Positions 53,193 to 56,663 of a stretch of 56,663 nucleotides of DNA are shown one piece after another (within the stretch, counting starts at the first letter, position 1; each line of letters starts with the position of its first letter). Source of the DNA: a virus (taxonomy: Duplodnaviria > Caudoviricetes); the IMG/VR virus record IMGVR_UViG_3300036792_000179, positions 1 through 56,663 of that record. The stretch is one strand, 5' to 3'. The position numbers and the translations under genes were made by a program. The notes beneath the pieces were generated by a model. It searched no databases and was not told the DNA's origin. It saw nothing but the letters and a program-made list of their open reading frames with translations.

Positions 53193-53395
53193 GACCCGTG
53201 TTGCCGTTCGTTCTCCGTCGGCATTCCAAGATCAACCCAAGGTGTCCCGTCGAATGAGAGTGACTGCCCGCGCTCGTTGATTGCGCACTCAGGCGCTCGA
53301 TGGTGCTCGCCGCACGAGCGACACCACGGGTAGTCGGCTTCGAAATGCCAGCAGTCGACATCTCCGCATAGACATGTCTGTACCTCAACGCTCAC
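53186..53395 (-). CDS. Small Cys/His-rich protein
   Basis: CLCG...C.H...CRSC.EHH; RBS GAGGAG upstream. Confidence 0.55.
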   Translation of the reverse strand: MSVEVQTCLCGDVDCWHFEADYPWCRSCGEHHRAPECAINERGQSLSFDGTPWVDLGMPTENERQHGSQ

Positions 53396-53417
53396 AGCTC
53401 TGAATCCTACTCCTCAA

Positions 53418-53621
53418 TCAGGAGGACTCCAGCCGCTCTAGACGAGCAAGCAGGGCGCGTCCACGCGGATTCAGCCGGAAGAAGCGCGACCGCTCGATGC
53501 GCCGCAGGACCGACGCGAACCGGAACGTACTTGCGACCGCTACGCCGAGCTCTCGGAGAGCCGCTTCGAGATCCCGCAGCTGTCCGGCGAACGTCCGCGC
53601 GTAGCGCTCGTCGTCGTTCAT
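53418..53621 (-). CDS. Small hypothetical protein
   Basis: Probably leaderless (TAGGAT -10 upstream). Confidence 0.5.
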   Translation of the reverse strand: MNDDERYARTFAGQLRDLEAALRELGVAVASTFRFASVLRRIERSRFFRLNPRGRALLARLERLESS

Positions 53622-53655
53622 CCCGTTGATCCTAACCCCTCACGAGGAGGACTCA

Positions 53656-54639
53656 ATGCCCCGCAACACTCGAGCAGCGTTTGCTGCCTTGATCTTCGCC
53701 GCTCTGATTGCGGCCCTATTCGTGACTGGCCGCGGCTCCTCTCCTCCTCCCTCGCCGGGGGGGCAGCCAGTCACGGCCCCCTTCGTCTGCCACACGAAAG
53801 TCCCGGCCCAGGCAGGCGAATGCATCGAGCAGGAAGAGAAGGCCAAGGGCTTCGAGCTGATCGCGCCGCTGACCTCGAGCGCTCCGTCGCAGGGAGTGGA
53901 CATCAGCAACTGGCAGGGCATCCCGGATCTCCGAGCAAGCGGAGTCAAGTTCGTATTGATCCAGACCAACGACGGGACGTTTCACAACCCGTTCCTCAGC
54001 GCTCAGGTAGCAGCTGCTCGACGAGCTGGAATCCCCTTCGGCTTCTACACCTTCGTCGAGGCCTTCTCGGGCTCCGAGCAGGCGTCGATCGCCCTGAGTC
54101 TCGGGCAGCGCTACGCGCCTCAGCTCGGCTACTGGGCCGACGTCGAGAAGACGGGAGCGTACGAACACGCCTGCGCGTATGTGAGTCGGATCAAACAGGC
54201 GGGACTGAAGATCGCGGGCGTCTACTCATCACCCGGTCTCTACTTCGCTGGGCGCTGCGCCGGGTACATCTGGCCGGCGGAGTGGGGCTCGGGGCGTGCC
54301 TATCCACTGAACGGCTATCCGTCGAGCGCGATCAAGGTCCGGCAGTGGTGCGGGACTTGCAGCTTGGCCGGTTTCAGCGGTCAGGTCGATCGAGACGAAT
54401 CGCTCGGGCTGCTCTCGCTCATCACTCCGCCGAAGCCCAAACGGACGCTCGACGAGGCCTATCACCTTCGGCGTGTCCTGCGGGCTGATCTGACACGTCA
54501 CCACTGCCGCCAACCGCCTTGGCACGTAGCAGTCGGACTGAGCGGCAAGCCCAATGGTCACTACGAGCACAGCTGCCACGTGTGGCTGGCTGAGGGCGCG
54601 GCTGTGAACAAAGACATCCGAGCGAAAGGCGGCAAGTGA
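53656..54639 (+). CDS. GH25 muramidase endolysin with signal peptide
   Basis: GVDISNWQG, GIPFGFY, WADVE, RQW...VDRD; N-terminal hydrophobic segment; RBS GAGGAGG. Confidence 0.9.
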   Translation: MPRNTRAAFAALIFAALIAALFVTGRGSSPPPSPGGQPVTAPFVCHTKVPAQAGECIEQEEKAKGFELIAPLTSSAPSQGVDISNWQGIPDLRASGVKFVLIQTNDGTFHNPFLSAQVAAARRAGIPFGFYTFVEAFSGSEQASIALSLGQRYAPQLGYWADVEKTGAYEHACAYVSRIKQAGLKIAGVYSSPGLYFAGRCAGYIWPAEWGSGRAYPLNGYPSSAIKVRQWCGTCSLAGFSGQVDRDESLGLLSLITPPKPKRTLDEAYHLRRVLRADLTRHHCRQPPWHVAVGLSGKPNGHYEHSCHVWLAEGAAVNKDIRAKGGK

Positions 54640-54830
54640 TGAAGTTTGTTCTCTATGTCTACAAGTACGCCAAATACGTTGGCGGCGAACTTGAGTGCCA
54701 CGCCTATGGCCCGGCCGACGGCGAGCTGTTTGCGGATGAGCAGACTGCGCAGAATGCCGGCGTCGCCGTGGCGCAGAACGACGGTGCCGAGTTCATGGTT
54801 CTCCCCGTCGAAGGGCTGCCGACGATCTGA
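54636..54830 (+). CDS. Small hypothetical protein
   Basis: Coupled on both sides. Confidence 0.55.
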   Translation: MMKFVLYVYKYAKYVGGELECHAYGPADGELFADEQTAQNAGVAVAQNDGAEFMVLPVEGLPTI

Positions 54831-55942
54831 TGACTGTCACCCCGACAAACCTCAAGATCACCCCCGGAGTCGAAAAGCTCTCGCTCGCCTGGTCCGCCTC
54901 ATCGACCGAAGGTCTCGGCGGCTGGGTGATCCACTACAGGCCGAAGGGCGTCACTGCTTGGACGACGGACGAGCTCGCGGCGGAAGCCCGCAGCTTCTCC
55001 ATCACCGGCTTGCAGGCAGAGAGCTACGAAGTCCAGGTACGCGCTCTCGTTGCCGGTGGGCTCGCTCAGGGCGTCGCTACGCCGGAAGCGAAGCCTGCGC
55101 CTCCGGTCGAACCACCGCAGTCGGCCCTCGTCATCGGAGTTGACACCGGAGGATGGGGCGGAAGTCTTCTAGCCGAACTCTCAGCTGCCGGGATCAAGCG
55201 AGTGCGCACGAGCGTCCTCTCCGCAGCCCACCACGACGAACTGGCCAAAGCCGGGCTCACTGCAGCAGCGGTGACGGTCGGCGCCTACGGCTCGCTCGCT
55301 GGCCGCAATCCGCAGACCTACGCACAGGAATGGGTCGCCGCTGCGAAGGTCTACGCGACGCCTGGCTCAGAGGATGAAACGCGCTGTGAAGTGATCAACG
55401 AGCCCGAGCTCTCCTCGGACCCAACCGACTTCGCCGCCTACGTGGCGATCCTCAAGGCGGTCTACGAAGCCCGCAACGCCGCGTTCCCGGGCAAGCGTCC
55501 GAAGATCCTCGCGTCCTGGGCGCCGACGTACGGATTCGGCAAGGGCTGGGCTGCGCTTGGAGGTCTGCAGTACGTCGATGAGGTCGTCGTCCACGCCTAC
55601 GGCGGCAACGCTCATCAGCACAAAGGCCTCGAAGGCGGCCGGGAACTGATCGAACAGGCGTACAACGAATCGAAAAAGCCCGTGGCCGTGACCGAGGTCG
55701 GCTGGCCTACCGGACGCAGTGTCGGGATCACGACTCCAACGGGCGACTCCGAACAGTGGACTGAACTGCAGCAGGCCGAAGCGATCAAGCGCTTTGCCGC
55801 CTGGTGTCACTCAAAGCCCTACGTGAGCGTGTTCATCTACTTCAACGCTGTCGACTACGGCACGAACGACCTCTACGGGATCGAGCGTGCCGACCGGACG
55901 CACAAGCTTGGGTTCAAGGCCCTGGCTGAAGTCGCCGCCTGA
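54830..55942 (+). CDS. FN3 domain plus clan GH-A glycoside hydrolase
   Basis: LAW...Y...ITGL....YEVQVRA (FN3); INEP acid/base, VHAY, VTEVGWPT nucleophile. Confidence 0.85.
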   Translation: MTVTPTNLKITPGVEKLSLAWSASSTEGLGGWVIHYRPKGVTAWTTDELAAEARSFSITGLQAESYEVQVRALVAGGLAQGVATPEAKPAPPVEPPQSALVIGVDTGGWGGSLLAELSAAGIKRVRTSVLSAAHHDELAKAGLTAAAVTVGAYGSLAGRNPQTYAQEWVAAAKVYATPGSEDETRCEVINEPELSSDPTDFAAYVAILKAVYEARNAAFPGKRPKILASWAPTYGFGKGWAALGGLQYVDEVVVHAYGGNAHQHKGLEGGRELIEQAYNESKKPVAVTEVGWPTGRSVGITTPTGDSEQWTELQQAEAIKRFAAWCHSKPYVSVFIYFNAVDYGTNDLYGIERADRTHKLGFKALAEVAA

Positions 55943-56025
55943 CGTCCGCGCTCCGTCACCACCCAAACATACCCAGCGATGGACGGCTCACCGCTGAGCA
56001 AATCAATCAATAGGAGGAGACGCAA

Positions 56026-56400
56026 GTGAAGCTCTGGACCCCTGCAAAGATCAAGGCGGATCTCGTATTCGTCGCATCGCTCATCGCCGTGTTTGGCTTC
56101 AAGCTGCCGGACTCGATCTCAGTCGCGCTCATCGCCTCGGCCGGGCTCATCGCCGCCGGTCTGAACCTCGGCGACGCATTGCTCGAGAAATACGCTCCGC
56201 AGTTCCTCCCAAGCGTGCTCGGCGAGGTCAAGACGCTGGAGTCCGACGTTGAGAAAGGCCTGCCGTTGATCCTCCCGGTGCTTGAGCAGTTGCCTGGCAA
56301 GATCGGTGAAGAGGTCAAGCAGGCGATCGAAGCGATCGAAAAGGGACCAGTCGCGCAAGTCACGAAGGCGCCTGAAACGAAAACGGAAACGAACTCATGA
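56026..56400 (+). CDS. Holin-like membrane protein
   Basis: Two TM helices; strong RBS AGGAGG. Confidence 0.65.
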   Translation: MKLWTPAKIKADLVFVASLIAVFGFKLPDSISVALIASAGLIAAGLNLGDALLEKYAPQFLPSVLGEVKTLESDVEKGLPLILPVLEQLPGKIGEEVKQAIEAIEKGPVAQVTKAPETKTETNS

Positions 56401-56663
56401 GCGCTCGCAACTTCGGTCTCAAGCCCAAGACGCAGGACGGCCGCGACTTCCTCCTGAGCGCTCAGACGCTGCCGCCGGTTCCGAAGAAGGTATTCGGCCA
56501 CGGCAACACGTTCGCGGGAGACGCGTGGAAGATGCTGGGCAACGGCCCCGATCAGACAGCCCCCGGAGCCGCTGCGCAGGGCTGCGGCGACTGTGTCTGG
56601 GCCTCGGCCGATCACGAGACGATGCTCGCTCTGACCGACGCAGGGCAGTCTCCAGCCGACGTT
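56397..56663 (+). CDS. Cysteine peptidase, 5' part (continues at 7..696)
   Basis: MSARNFGLKPKTQDGRDF...WKMLGNG; ATGA coupling. Confidence 0.75.
   Translation, partial: MSARNFGLKPKTQDGRDFLLSAQTLPPVPKKVFGHGNTFAGDAWKMLGNGPDQTAPGAAAQGCGDCVWASADHETMLALTDAGQSPADV
56526..56663. repeat. Terminal direct repeat, right copy
   Basis: Matches 1-138. Confidence 0.95.

Overview
This window is an apparently complete circular temperate phage genome of about 56,525 bp; the ends overlap by 138 bp with one synonymous mismatch. It is GC-rich and probably infects an actinobacterium (inferred from TANNNT and leaderless promoters and an Rpf-like gene). Layout: (1) a repressor/Cro switch; (2) a long translationally coupled early operon with an SSAP-like protein, a Cas4-like exonuclease, a pentapeptide-repeat protein, a split replication initiator, a tyrosine integrase, VRR-NUC, HD hydrolases, HNH genes and a truncated RtcB; (3) a late promoter and a packaging module (HNH, ART-fold protein, TerS/TerL); (4) HK97-type portal and protease plus two paralogous major capsid proteins; (5) a contractile tail with baseplate; (6) an expanded lysis and cell-envelope block. 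The most unusual signals are RNA elements hidden in coding sequence. One is a tRNA-Glu(UUC)-shaped element with a 53-nt D-loop, a 19-bp closing inverted repeat and 16-bp flanking direct repeats (9172-9351). A second is a tRNA-fMet-derived expanded RNA closed by a 15-bp stem (8682-8841). A third is an intact antisense tRNA-Cys inside the HNH gene next to the integrase. Also notable: gene arrays sharing 5' ends, portal-derived microproteins, and strong Asp depletion with GAA/AAA codon use in exterior virion proteins. All calls are by-eye motif recognition; no searches were run.
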